Source: Tubulanus polymorphus
Lineage: Eukaryota; Animalia; Nemertea
DNA length: 64,000 nt
Direction of reading: 5' to 3'
NCBI RefSeq assembly: GCF_964204645.1
Contig: NC_134028.1
Coordinates: 9,114,001-9,178,000 of the forward strand
The position numbers were made by a program, and so were the translations under genes. The notes beneath the pieces are model-generated. The model made no database searches and was not told the origin of the DNA. It worked only from the letters and a program-made list of their open reading frames with translations. Positions 1 through 11,780 of this stretch are shown in pieces (positions within the stretch are counted from its first letter, which is position 1; each line of letters starts with the position of its first letter).

Positions 1-1751
1 TCTATCGCAATCATTAGCAAATGGACTTACCGGAGCTTGTAAGTTGCATTGGGCCTCCATCGTTTTCATTAGCTTGTTTGCAATATCATCCTATTTGCAT
101 TACTTTACGTAGGCACAAAATAACCATAAAAATGAACTTACCCGGATGCGTCACACGTGGAAACTATTTCCACCAACGTATAACAAACATATAGATAAGG
201 GCGACGAATAGAATGGAATGTCGCAACTTTTCAAAACGGTAATTCCCCGGATAGATGTATTACTCAAAGTAATGACTACAAAAGAATATGAATAATTTAA
301 TGTTCCGATAGTAGGTTATTAGAATGATAAAAGTTAAAATTTTCCAGACTCTGCGAAATTTGACCGGGTAGGCCTGTGTAGGGAGGAGAGAGAGAGAGTA
401 AAAGCATTTAACCCATTTCAGTCCAGGAAAAAGAGGGTCATAGCTTGTTAGTGTTTTCGGATAGTTTAGGCTGGAAAAAGACGATGGGAAGAGCCTTTTT
501 GAGCCCCAATTGCTGTGGAACCCCCCTAACCAGGACTCTCAAGGCCCGACGGGCAGAAGAATCCGAATGAAAAGGGATGTTATCATGACCAACATATGTC
601 TAACCTATCTGATTTATGTACAACAAAAATGATAGCTAAGCAATTAACTTCCTCTTTGAGATTAGAAAAACCAAGTAACATTGTGACGAAAGTAATAAAA
701 GTATAAAAATTGTAGAGATTGAGTGTCATACTTTTTAAATGTAGCCTGAATCAGCCACTATAGTCTTTTTTAAGGACTCTTTTTTAAGAGCTGGGCCTTA
801 TAAACAACAAGTTTTGAAACGGCGAATGAAACCCACAATTGAAGGAAAAAACTGTAACGATTTTGAGGTTTTGACTGAAACCTATGAACCGTTTTTAAAA
901 AAACCTTTTAAAGGAATTCAACTGAAGTAGACAGTGCAGACTTGTTGATGAAAAACCAAGTTTCATTATGCTTAAGACACAACTGGTAAGGTTAATGATG
1001 CGACAAAACGCTGCATGTCCAAAATATTTCAAAAATTACTTTTCATTGATTCTGCGTAAACTTAACCTGCTCATTTCAATTGCACACGTCACCTCAAACT
1101 AATATCTCCAATAGCCATAAATTGGCAAAACGCAGTATCTTCCCTAACCAGTCGGTATCTAAGAAGAGAAAATGAAGTACGTATCCATATATTGAAAAAA
1201 TGAAGTATGTTGGTGACTTACTGCGTTCTGTCAATTTTTTTTTCTGACAACATTTGCAGAATTAATGTGTCGTTTTTTATAACTATTACAGCCATTTGAT
1301 AAAAGGGCAAACCTTCACGTGCGTAGATACTTCTCATTCGTAAGTGGAAACTGAGATGAGATCCCAAAATACATTTAAACTTTATCAAAATTGCGGGACG
1401 AGTATAATCATGTTACCGGTCGATTTCATTTCGTATTGGAATTAAACATCTGGTAAGGTTAATGGGAGTAACATTGTGTTAATGGTAGTAACGTAATGTT
1501 TTGTGTTCAATGAGATTTTCTTTTAAAATTTTCGATCCATTGATTAACGTCTGACTAGACTAACCGGCACCTCTCTTTCACTTGACTCACTCTCGGTCAT
1601 CTCGTAGGCACAGTATCGCTTATGAAAAATGATGTAATTTAATCAAGTTTAGTTAATTTCTCGTAATGGAGATACTTTTTCGATGATTAAACTGTTGTAC
1701 TCTGGACATGCATGGAGGATACAGAGGTCCGTCGCTGTCAGGACACAAGTT

Positions 1752-1929
1752 TGACGTCGGATGACATTCTGTGTTTGAGAGCATTCTTCCTCGGCTAATT
1801 CACTGACATCTCTTTGAGCGTAAAACGATAAAACGCCGTCAGCGAGTCTCCGCATTTCTCTATCCTGTTCACTGATACAGGGTCGAGCTGGTAGCAAAGC
1901 GTTGTGTAATGCAACTCCATATTTCTCGG
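1752..1929 (-). pseudogene. Partial duplicate (~180 bp) of the 3' part of the methyltransferase gene at 4103-4984
   Basis: Roughly 90% identical by eye to 4173-4350. Both encode ...PARPCISEQDREMRRLADGVLSFYAQRDVSELAEEE... The rest of ORF 1649-2044 has no similarity to the parent gene. Confidence 0.85.
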
Positions 1930-3434
1930 CGTGGCATATGTATGTGTTGAAGGTTTTAATTCTTACCTCAAATTTGATACACGTACGTAAAAATGACCCG
2001 GACATCTGAACGCATTTATTGGCAAATTTGAATCGGGTTGTCAAGTGTCATCTTACTGCTCGATTTATAAATTATTCTTTGGGATGAAAAAAATCGAGAA
2101 ATTAACCATTAATTCTGCCATAAGTTTTACATCACTTGAAGAAATTGAGTAAGAGGCTGATCAAGGTTAAAGGATTTAGGTGTTAGTTCTCATAAGACGC
2201 AAGGATGAATTTTTTAGGGGGTGGACTACTCGGGGAGTTGAGGTTATACAACCATAAAATGAAGATAGTCAGAGATTAGTAATAGCAAGAAAACTCGCGT
2301 AAAATATTAATCAAACAAATTTTATAACAGGGTGTGATCTGTAGTCGTCGGGTAAATATTTCTTCAGGCTGTTCACATCCGAAAAAAACGATGAAAATAA
2401 ACATTTCCCTTGGACAAAATCATTTCAGTGTCTATAAAATGAGTTTGACAAAGACATGAATTTGTTCTATCTTTCCATCTACAAATGACATAGCTGGCTT
2501 CAGTTGAAAAAGTCATTGGTAAAAGGCAATTTCTAATTAAAAGCCTATTCAAATTGGTGTCACAAAATTGAATTTAAATTTGTTGTCATGTTTGTTTTGT
2601 ACGCGTGCGCGATGCACTCGGTTATATCATTGCTTACATCTGACGTCATCGGCAGATCGCAAGTACCGCCTCATGTGTCAATCAAATGGCTTATAGGCTT
2701 TATGTTAAAAGATTCCCTACTAAAAAGCTATGTATTCCTACTTCGATCATCTTCCATGTTTTATGTTTCATCTTGGCGAATATCCAGTTTGCCATTGCAG
2801 TGAACAATAAAACCCAAATAGTTTTACAGAATCTTATAATACGGCCATTTATATAAGATCTAGATTCTGTAATAATATATGACAGTCTCTTTGAACTAGC
2901 AGATTCTATGTACCGTATAGGTTAACTACATAACCTAGTTATTTGACAAATTACGCAAATCCGAAATGTATTGCATTCCAAAACATAACATAAGTCACCA
3001 ACTTTGATAAGGTTACATTTCGTACATGCGATCGCCACTTGGTATGTTTTGGTATCTACCCTTTTCAATAGGTATAGTAGGTTTCAGGCCAGTTGTCTGT
3101 GTCATCCGACAAATTATGTAACGTTTCATAACATCATTCATGTACTCATAACAGAAGAAAAACAAGATCGAGTAGTAAGAATTCGGAAGTTATTGAACTG
3201 TTGGAAGATATCTAACTTCAATGTTCAGAAGACGATGATTGCTTCGAGATGACGAAACTATAGCTACCCCATTAAAATGATTGTAAATGCAATCTTTTAT
3301 TAAATCATTTGGTTAGAATATGTATTTTTGTCAGGCCAGTGTAGTACACACTTTGATAAAGAAGAATAAAGTAAAGTAACTATACGATAGAACTCCGCAA
3401 AGCGAACGAAAATGAAGATGACGATACTAAGAAA

Positions 3435-3871
3435 ATGCTACGAGTCGGAATAATAGCGATTGTGTTTGGTTTCTTGCTATTTTGATTGGAGTAGTTACGG
3501 CTATTCTACTAATCAATGTCATCTATCATTTATGGTTCGCCGTGTTGATCATGCTGTTTGCCGGTTTGACAATCCACGCTCATCGCGTAAAGACTAAGAA
3601 CTGGTTCACCGCTGCGATGGCCTTCGGAATTCTGAATTCATATTCGTCATCGTCTGCCACGGCGTCGTCCACACGGCCTTTCAGAACGACACCGCCACGG
3701 CGACGAACAGTCCATTTGGTGTGGCCGTCAATGCAGTTCAGGATGACGCAATATTTGATGCACTATATCGGGGTCATCATTTGCGCGGTGATTTTCATCA
3801 CAAGCTTCTTCCACATTATCAACGCAGCCGATTTGAGAGAAGAATTGGAAAAATCTGATACGGAAAATTAA
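3435..3871 (+). pseudogene. Frameshifted four-transmembrane (MS4A/CD20-like topology) protein gene; pseudogene or indel errors in the assembly
   Basis: Four hydrophobic segments in shifting frames: MLRVGIIAIVFGFLLF/LIGVVTAILLI, YHLWFAVLIMLFAGLTIHA, KTKNWFTAAMAFGILN/IFVIVCHGVV and LMHYIGVIICAVIFITSFFHII. Frameshifts near 3481, ~3638 and ~3720-3750. The family call rests on recalled MS4A spacing (W in TM2, short basic loop, N in TM3). Confidence 0.5.
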
Positions 3872-4102
3872 AAAAGAAAACGGAAAGTCTTTTAAACGAC
3901 TTAAGAACATTTATAATAGCAGTTTATATTCAAAATCATTAAATTCTGAGTGCATGAACTCTATGGAAAAACCATATCAATACTTAGTACTTATATAGAT
4001 ATTCTTACTATAGAACTTTTAATTCAAAGGAACCTACTGACAGAAACCCAACCAATATATTTTTCTTCATGCTGATATAATTTTTGTTTGTCTTTTTCAA
4101 TT

Positions 4103-4984
4103 TTATTCTCTAACTACCAAGTAACTTTCGACTATTTGTTTATCAAAAGGAAACCCGTATGTTTCATATGTGTGACGACGGATGACATTCTGTATTTGAG
4201 TGCGTTCCTCCTCGGCTAATTCACTGACATCTCTTTGGGCGTAAAACGATAAAACGCCATCAGCGAGTCTCCGCATTTCTCTATCCTGTTCGCTGATACA
4301 GGGTCGAGCTGGTCTTAAAGCGATGTGTAATGCAATTCCATATTCATCGGTAGAATCCAAAACGATTCGCAATTTTGCATCGATCAGAATCTTTCTCATA
4401 TCAAACGGGTTCCACCCTATGCGCGGAGCTTTCTTCTGGTAGTCTCCTCTCCTTGGCACGATACGGTTAATTTCGCCGCAGATCTTCCCGACTGTGTTTA
4501 GTACGTTAAGACATACAAACGCGTGGCCACCATTTCGAGTAAGTCGACAGACGGCCTCGTGTATCACACGAGCAGGATCGTCGAAATAATACATCACGTG
4601 GTTGAACACGATTAAATCGTAGAAGTTACTCGGTAGGAAGGAAGCCGCGGTCGCGTCCTCGACTGAGAATTTTCGATGATAAACGGTGAAATCAAAACGA
4701 TAGTTTGCAGCTAATAAACCAACATGTTCTTTCAATTCAGCAATCATAACATTGTTGCATTCCACACAGTCCACGCGCTCTAACTTAATTTCTTCGCCTA
4801 CTATGCATATTGCATCTTCTAACGCATGACCTCGCGCCGGCCCGATCGATAGAACCCGCAGTCCATTTCCTTCCTGGTTGTAACAAGACCGTAACGCGTC
4901 CGAAAGACGTTTCCGCATCATTGCTTGTCCACCAAAATAAAACATGAAAGCGTCCAACGCGGAGGCATACGCCGCATCGTCCAT
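4103..4984 (-). CDS. Class I SAM-dependent methyltransferase, histamine N-methyltransferase-like (293 aa from ATG 4984; the true N-terminus may extend to ATG 5053)
   Basis: Uninterrupted ORF. Motif I region LRVLSIGPARG (HNMT IKILSIGGGAG), acidic motif II DCVE (HNMT EVVE), YDLIVFNHVMYYFDD (HNMT WDFIHMIQMLYYVKD), RLTRNGGHAFV, and C-terminal strand SYLVVRE. Confidence 0.85.
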   Translation of the reverse strand: MDDAAYASALDAFMFYFGGQAMMRKRLSDALRSCYNQEGNGLRVLSIGPARGHALEDAICIVGEEIKLERVDCVECNNVMIAELKEHVGLLAANYRFDFTVYHRKFSVEDATAASFLPSNFYDLIVFNHVMYYFDDPARVIHEAVCRLTRNGGHAFVCLNVLNTVGKICGEINRIVPRRGDYQKKAPRIGWNPFDMRKILIDAKLRIVLDSTDEYGIALHIALRPARPCISEQDREMRRLADGVLSFYAQRDVSELAEEERTQIQNVIRRHTYETYGFPFDKQIVESYLVVRE

Positions 4985-5202
4985 CTTCAATAGCGAACCT
5001 CAACAAAATAAATAGAATCCGTTCCAACCGGTGTCAAAGAATTGTTCACTCATCGATTTGGAACGCTTGCCCCGGTTCGTTCTGATTCTTATCAATGATC
5101 TACTACTTTTCGATGGTCACAATTCACAATTTTTCACGATTTCAAATATATTCAACGTTTTCGTGAATACTTTGATTTCACAACTTGAATTATGAAAATG
5201 TA

Positions 5203-5380
5203 TATACCGGGTGTGTTATCTGATCTTTACAACACCTGTATAATGCATATATATACATATGTTGATGGCTTAATTTTCCCTCAATTTTGGCACATATATG
5301 CATAAATCAAAAGGACCAGATGTAAATGTAAAGTATAATGCGTATGTATAATTTATTTGAGTTATTAGTGGTGAATATTT
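5203..5380. mobile_element. Tc1/mariner-like non-autonomous element end
   Basis: TA-TACCGGGTGT terminus with a short inverted copy (ACACCTGTATA) about 25 bp downstream. No partner end was found. Confidence 0.3.
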
Positions 5381-5730
5381 TGGCCAGGTACGTACCACTG
5401 AGAAAAAAAGATACATTGAAACATTCAAATTTCTAATGCAGATGCGGATCGAGAAGGTGACTTAAGGGGGAGCACGAATCCAGTCGGACATATTGGGCGG
5501 CCATCCCCGCCAAAAAGACAAACTTCCTGTGTTCGTGAAAATGACATCAATGCGTGAAAATGTCAGTAGTTGGCGCTGTTTATCTAAAAGATAAACTCGT
5601 GTTTTCATAAAAAAGACATCGATGCATAAAAATATCTGTAGGTGGCGATACTAGGGCATAGTTGTAAACCGGAAATTAATTACTTTTAATAGATAAAATA
5701 AAATAAATTGAAATTGAATCAAGGTCGTTG

Positions 5731-5838
5731 AGGTGGAGGGGGAGGGGAGGGGTGAGGGTGAGGGAGAGGGAGGGGAGGGGAGGGGTGAGGGATAGGGAGG
5801 GGAGGGGATGGGGAGAGGGAGAGGGACTAGAGGGAGAG
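5731..5838 (+). repeat. Polypurine (GGGGA/GGGA)n tract, potential G-quadruplex/H-DNA
   Basis: Run of GGGGA, GGGA and GGGTGA units read directly from the sequence. Confidence 0.85.
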
Positions 5839-8240
5839 GCTGCCAATGTTCTGGTAATTTTATGGGGAGGGGTGGGGTATGCGTAAGTCTATCCGAAAAT
5901 ATTGGCTTCATTTCCTAATGATGGACAAATAGAAAATCGAGTGTTGGAATTTTCTTCTATTGTTTTTTTTCCTGATATTTCTGAAAGCCAGGAGGGCACT
6001 TTTGATTTTTCAAGGGGATGGACTGGTCCACCCGGTCCACCCCCTAGATCCGCCCTTGCAAAGTAAATGTATGGTTCATGGATAAACTGTCGCTTTAATA
6101 CGGATTGACGTAGTTCGGTCATCTTGTAGGCATGGTAATCATTATTAAATTTACATCTAATTTCTAGGGGTTTATGTAAATGGAGACACTTTTTCGGTGA
6201 TTCGACCCGAGTAAAATAAGACTCATTGGCGATCCTTCACGTCAGTTACTGGTTAAATCGATGTTCAGCCCGAGTCCACACTTCGCCTGGTCATCGATGA
6301 CCCATACGTGAGGCATGAACTCCCAAACAATGAGATGCAAAGTATTGCAAAAAGCGTGTTTTCAAGAATTGATATAGTAGACTATATTAAATTCCTTTAA
6401 TTGGTACATGTTACCTTGTCTGTTTAGTTGCTACACCGATCACTACGTGGCACTCTTGAACGGAGCGCAACATTCGCGTGTACCGATTCGTAAGATCGCC
6501 AACTGTGCGTAAAACAATCGCGATAGCATATAGCGAATTATCACGGATCTGCATGGATTTACCTTATTCCAAAAATTCTTTTTGGGATTTAAATCAATCA
6601 AAAAATGATAAATGGAATAAACCCACATTATGGATGCACTAGTAAATATCGTAAGTTATAAATAACATTCAGTCGTTTGAATTCGGATTCTATAAAGTTT
6701 ACACACGATTTAACCAGGAATAGAGAACTATTTTTAATGTCTAGAATAGTAATATAGAAGCGAAATAGGAAGTAATATATATTTGTACTGGTGATTTGTC
6801 ATTATCTTGTAGGCTCTACATTTCAAGTGTATATGGTTTTTAATCGCTTTACAAAAAAACTGTTACGTCGATGATTGAAATGATTAAGTTATCTTTTCAT
6901 TGACATTGAACTAACTCATTGGCTATTAATCACTTAATCACAATAGATAGCACAGGTCGAGATTATGAAAATACGAAACGCCTGTATACGTATTTTTTGA
7001 ATTCAAATGAAAGAAGCTAGAAATTGATTAATACGATAGAATTTAAATTGCACATAGATCGACTTGAATTTAATTTCATTATTTGCGACATAGACTGTAA
7101 ATCTCACTTTGTTTACAATTGAAATGAAACTTATATGAATTGTTAAGTCATTCCATTGGAGTTCAACTCATCTGGCGAGTGGGTTTGATGACGATGGTTC
7201 CTGAACGTTCCCGAAGCCCTGTCCAAGATGAAAATCTAATTCAATTAGAAATTGCTAATCAATCTGCTTCGTTTCAGCGTGGTTCCTGAACTAATACGGG
7301 GGCACTGAATTTGTTTATCGGTAGGCGATCGTTTATTGATTTACTCGTCTCTAAGAGAAAAGAGACTTCTCAGTTTGCCAAGCAATTAATTAGGACGATC
7401 GATGCGTACATATATAAATATATATATACATAGCGTATTTGTTTTGGATTTATCAGAAGAATTGTCAACCCCTCGGGGAAGTAAATGATTGTGCTGGCGT
7501 TGTGTGTACGTGCCGCCTAATTCCTCACATTTTGATTTAACTAGCGAAAGAAAGTAAAATTACTGTGCAATTCCCACTTTGATAGTGAAATGTTCGATTG
7601 ACGAACGCACAATACCCACTTATCCGGTTTTTACCCGCCGCACTACTTAAACACGACCGTAGATATTGAAAGATACACGTAGGGCCAACAGTATTGTGAA
7701 ATAAAACATTACAAGGTCAAAGCTGCCCTATTGGTTAGTAAACAGCACGGCTGAGATACCACGGGTCAACGGTGTATTGTAATCTCTTCACTGCAGTCGT
7801 GATTATACTTTCGCCAGTGATTTTGACACATTAGAGAGTGTTATTTTACAGAGTGCCTGCTCTTTTACGCGTTAGAAAGGCGCGTGCAATCAATATTCCA
7901 ATTTCAACCCATTCGCAACTACACCGCACATATACCATTTCAGAACCGGCTTTGGTTAGGCCCATCCATTTCATGTTTTGAATTGTAGACTTTTGACCAT
8001 GTTCTAGAGAATCGCGTTTTACCTATTTATTTTCTTAATTAAGCTAAATATACCTTAATCATTTCATTCGATCCATCGACGATTTACGTTGATCGAATAA
8101 ACTACAATGATCAAGTTTTGTATACACAGATTTACATGTTTTTATCCTCTTTTTCTTTAGTGTGGAAAACGAAAGTTGTAAAAGAGGATTCGAAAAATAA
8201 CACCGAATACTGACACTAGCCCGAAACAACAGTGGTAAAA

Positions 8241-9533
8241 ATGAGGGCCAACCAATCAGCCTTAGAGGTTTCCTACGAATCTCCCAGACAACAACAACAG
8301 GCGCGCCAGCAAATAGTTCACCAGCGACAGAAACAAAAACTAAAACATAGCAGGTCCGAATCCGTAATAATCGATATAGAAGATCGCGATGTATCGTCGA
8401 ATCATCAACGCGAACAGCGAACACTGGAGAGGTACTCGTACGATTATGATAAATCAGAACGACTTTGGAATAAAGAGGTGATTTGCGTGGGACTTCCTGC
8501 TGTATGCGAGGAGGTATCGCGCGTTGAAAAAACGCCGAATAAAACTCGCCGCGAAAACCCGATCGGCAGCCCGCCTCACACCAACGAAGGACGCCTGCTC
8601 CGACAACGACCTAGAATCGGACAAAAAATTCGCGAAAAACGCGTAACCGATAGTTATAGCAAAACTGACGATACGCGAACCAACAATTATAGTCTTCCAC
8701 CAATCGCCAATGTGGAAAGCGAATCGAAAGATCAAGTGGGGGTCGTTCGTCACCGTAAGAAGCGCGAATTAACGTTTATGGAATTGAGTAACTGTTTAGA
8801 AAACTATCGTAAAATGACGTCGCAAATTAGTTCGAATATCGCCCAAACATATTCGCCGGAATATCGCGATTATTACGAAATCGACGATTGTCCCGTCTCG
8901 CCCCCTAGAGGAAAAGTTAAATATAATAATACGGGTTTGCCGGGCAGGTCGTCGGTCTTATCACCGGCGTGTTTACACCGGTTAGAAATCATCAAGCGAA
9001 AAACAGCATCCGGCGAAAGTCCGTACGATTTTTCCCGACGCCATCTTAGCAAATCGGAGACCGCGGAAAACGAAATAATCAAATTCAAGGCCATTCCGCC
9101 GATCGGGAAATCATTCGCGAAAGAAAAATCGAAAGGTCGTCGCATAAAACAAATCCAACTCCCGGTCGACCGCAATAAACATAGATTTTCTGAAAAACTG
9201 AAAAAGGTCGATTTTTCGCGTACGAAAAACGCCGCTGATGATGACACAGCGTATAACCAGGCACCGGGGTCAAAACTACTGAAACCGATTCTAAAACAAT
9301 CAAAAGAAAACGATAACGACGTTACTGATAGTGGTTATATGTCGTATAATTCTGCAGATTTCGTATTACCGGTAGCGCCACCTGTTCAACAACGCAAACC
9401 TAAACTAGCTCGACCTAGAATAGGCGCTGATGGAGGCTCTGGTGACCCGTTTGATTGTAGTAGTGCTTTCAAATCTGCAATGACAGAGTTTTCCGACGAG
9501 CGAACCGATAATGATGATCTATTGGCTGATTAG
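8241..9533 (+). CDS. Uncharacterised basic, low-complexity protein (~430 aa), coding region in one exon
   Basis: 1.3-kb ORF in AT-rich DNA. ATG at 8241 in AAAATGA context, a strong acceptor (ctttttctttag) ending at 8160 suggests a 5'-UTR intron, and AATAAA lies at 10358. No domain was recognised. Confidence 0.7.
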   Translation: MRANQSALEVSYESPRQQQQARQQIVHQRQKQKLKHSRSESVIIDIEDRDVSSNHQREQRTLERYSYDYDKSERLWNKEVICVGLPAVCEEVSRVEKTPNKTRRENPIGSPPHTNEGRLLRQRPRIGQKIREKRVTDSYSKTDDTRTNNYSLPPIANVESESKDQVGVVRHRKKRELTFMELSNCLENYRKMTSQISSNIAQTYSPEYRDYYEIDDCPVSPPRGKVKYNNTGLPGRSSVLSPACLHRLEIIKRKTASGESPYDFSRRHLSKSETAENEIIKFKAIPPIGKSFAKEKSKGRRIKQIQLPVDRNKHRFSEKLKKVDFSRTKNAADDDTAYNQAPGSKLLKPILKQSKENDNDVTDSGYMSYNSADFVLPVAPPVQQRKPKLARPRIGADGGSGDPFDCSSAFKSAMTEFSDERTDNDDLLAD

Positions 9534-11661
9534 CTCCTGATTATGTCTAGATGCGTTAGTTCATAACGTAGAATCTGTCGGCTTTCCAGGCGCCGAGATT
9601 TAGTAAGAGGTACTTTCGATTTCTAAAGCCAATCGAACCTGACCAGTCTTCATAGTTTGAGACGACTTTAGGACTTGCCACAACTGGGCCATTTGAGATT
9701 GCAGTCAATACTCATCTCTCCTGTCACACGTAGTCTCTCTATGTTCTAAGCCGAGCGTATTGGGTGGCCGGTGGGTTTATTTCAAAACAATCATTTTTAG
9801 TATCTAAAGGCAGACTACTACCTAAGGTACTATCATTTTGGCACAGAGAAAATTCATACATAGAACTTAGGACCAAATTCCATGTTTCGTTATCAGATTG
9901 AAATATTTTTCAACTCTGGAATCAAATTCAATCTTCAAACATACTGGAACTGGGCCCTAGCTATAATTAAACAGGTAAATGAATACAACTTGCTCTTCTT
10001 GCATAACCCATGATTCAACTGGAAAGTTATATGTTAGAGAAGCGATAATGATCGATTTAAGGGTCCTCCTGTAAACAAAAAGACATTTTGGACGTGTCAT
10101 CGAAACCCCGAGGAGATAAATCGTATCCTCAAACCATCTTCTGTTATTTGTATTCATTTACCTGTTGTCTGGAGACGATATCGATATTCATCGATTTCTG
10201 ATCGATCAATGTCGATCGATCGTGACCAGACATCTAATGACCCGATGACGATTAATACGAATACACCTCACATGCCGCAGTAGACGATCGGATGTAAATC
10301 TGGAGATGTAATGATTCTGCGCATATCTTTACAAACATGTTACGAAACAGAATTATTAATAAACAGATTTCTATTCACTATAAACATATTTATCTTTCGT
10401 CTCGATTCATTTGTATATTTCTAGATTATGGTTTGGGATAGAAGTGTTTATCTATAATTGAACAAGGGGGTAAATGTTTGAAGAAACAAACACTGCTTGA
10501 TTTGCGAAAAACGTTTTGTGTAGTCGAAAACGTTTTTCGTCCTGTGTCCGTTGAACGTTTTATCGTTTGCAGGCAAAAGATTGTACGAAAAATGGGCATT
10601 TTCTGTTTTGGCGAAACATATGTTATGCCGTGTGCGGCGGGCTTAAGGGACACTCAATCAAAAAAAATTCAGACGAAATTTACCAACCAAATAAATAACA
10701 GGGTCAATCTCTATTTTAAGATAAAAAAAAAATGAATAAAAAATCAAGTCTTCCACACGAATAACGCAATAGATTAAAGATATCGGATATGTCATCACCC
10801 GTATAACAGTCATTAACCGAGTGATGATGATTGGGTCGTAGATTATGTCGACGGAATACAATGTTATATGGAAACGTAGCTATAAAACAACGTTAACTAA
10901 CGCTGCCGTAACGGCGGCTCATCGGCGTTAGTGTTATGTGATGCGGCGTTTATTGGTTTCTATGCGTCAAATGTTAATGGCCGAACGTTCGTCGTTACCA
11001 AGGATATCAAACATTGTTCAAATCAATTAAAACAACCGTGAAAATTCGAGATATTCTTATTGGATGTTTGTAATTTAACGTCGATTAAATGCGTTAATCG
11101 AGGCAGCAAAATACGATCCGTCACCGCGAGCTTGGAAAACAACGCGAATCGTTCACTTTCCCCAAATTTGTTTGGACTAAGAGCAAACTTTACCAAATAG
11201 AGAAATTGATATTATCAATTGTCCCGAATTATAAATGTTTACAAGGCTAAAAAATGAAACCTTATTTCTACTAATCGGCCGGGTCACTTTGGTAAACTGC
11301 AGTAAAATTTGTAATCAATTTATTTCTCTACCTCCTGGGTCTGTTGTGGCGTGGTCGGAAGTAATGTATGGGTAGATAGGCCAGCCGAGTCAACTTTTAA
11401 GCTCAGCAGAAAGGAGAAACAAGGTAACAATTTTCTGCCTAAATAGGACAGAGTTTAACATTGCGAAACGCCATCTGATGATGATTAGTGCAATATTGAT
11501 CAAACTATCAGATTAAGTTGAACGTGATTATAACATCGCGACTTGATGCTAAAAACGAAGACTTTTCACTGTACTTGACGATGGTTATTCTTGTACATTT
11601 AAAAACGTATAAGACAGTGCAGTAAATCACCTAGCGATGAATACATCTATTGAATCCAAGA

Positions 11662-11780
11662 AATAATGCCAGAGGTAAATATATACCTTAATATATACCT
11701 GGTAATAATGCCAGTGGTAGAATGCCAGAGGTAAAAATGCCAGAGGAAAAATCATACTAGGTAAAAATGCCAGAAAGAAA
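11662..11780 (+). repeat. Degenerate ~15-bp tandem repeat (AATGCCAGAGGTAAA), probably subterminal repeats of a DNA-transposon remnant
   Basis: About 5 imperfect units. The same motif forms the arms of the palindrome at 57972-58023. Confidence 0.65.

Noticed and set aside
408-430. piggyBac-like end (TTAA-CCCATTTCAGTCC)
   Set aside because: No matching inverted end or second TTAA boundary was found; too weak to call.
1649-2044. 131-aa ORF as a functional second methyltransferase
   Set aside because: Only about 59 codons are homologous, the SAM-binding motifs are absent and the start is TTG; treated as a gene fragment.
3960-4102. SECIS element 3' of the methyltransferase
   Set aside because: An ATGAA is present on the minus strand, but I saw no correctly spaced apical AA or 3' GA quartet partner. 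A SECISearch run is needed to exclude it fully.
5651-5911. Proline-rich 86-aa ORF
   Set aside because: Translation of the polypurine simple repeat.
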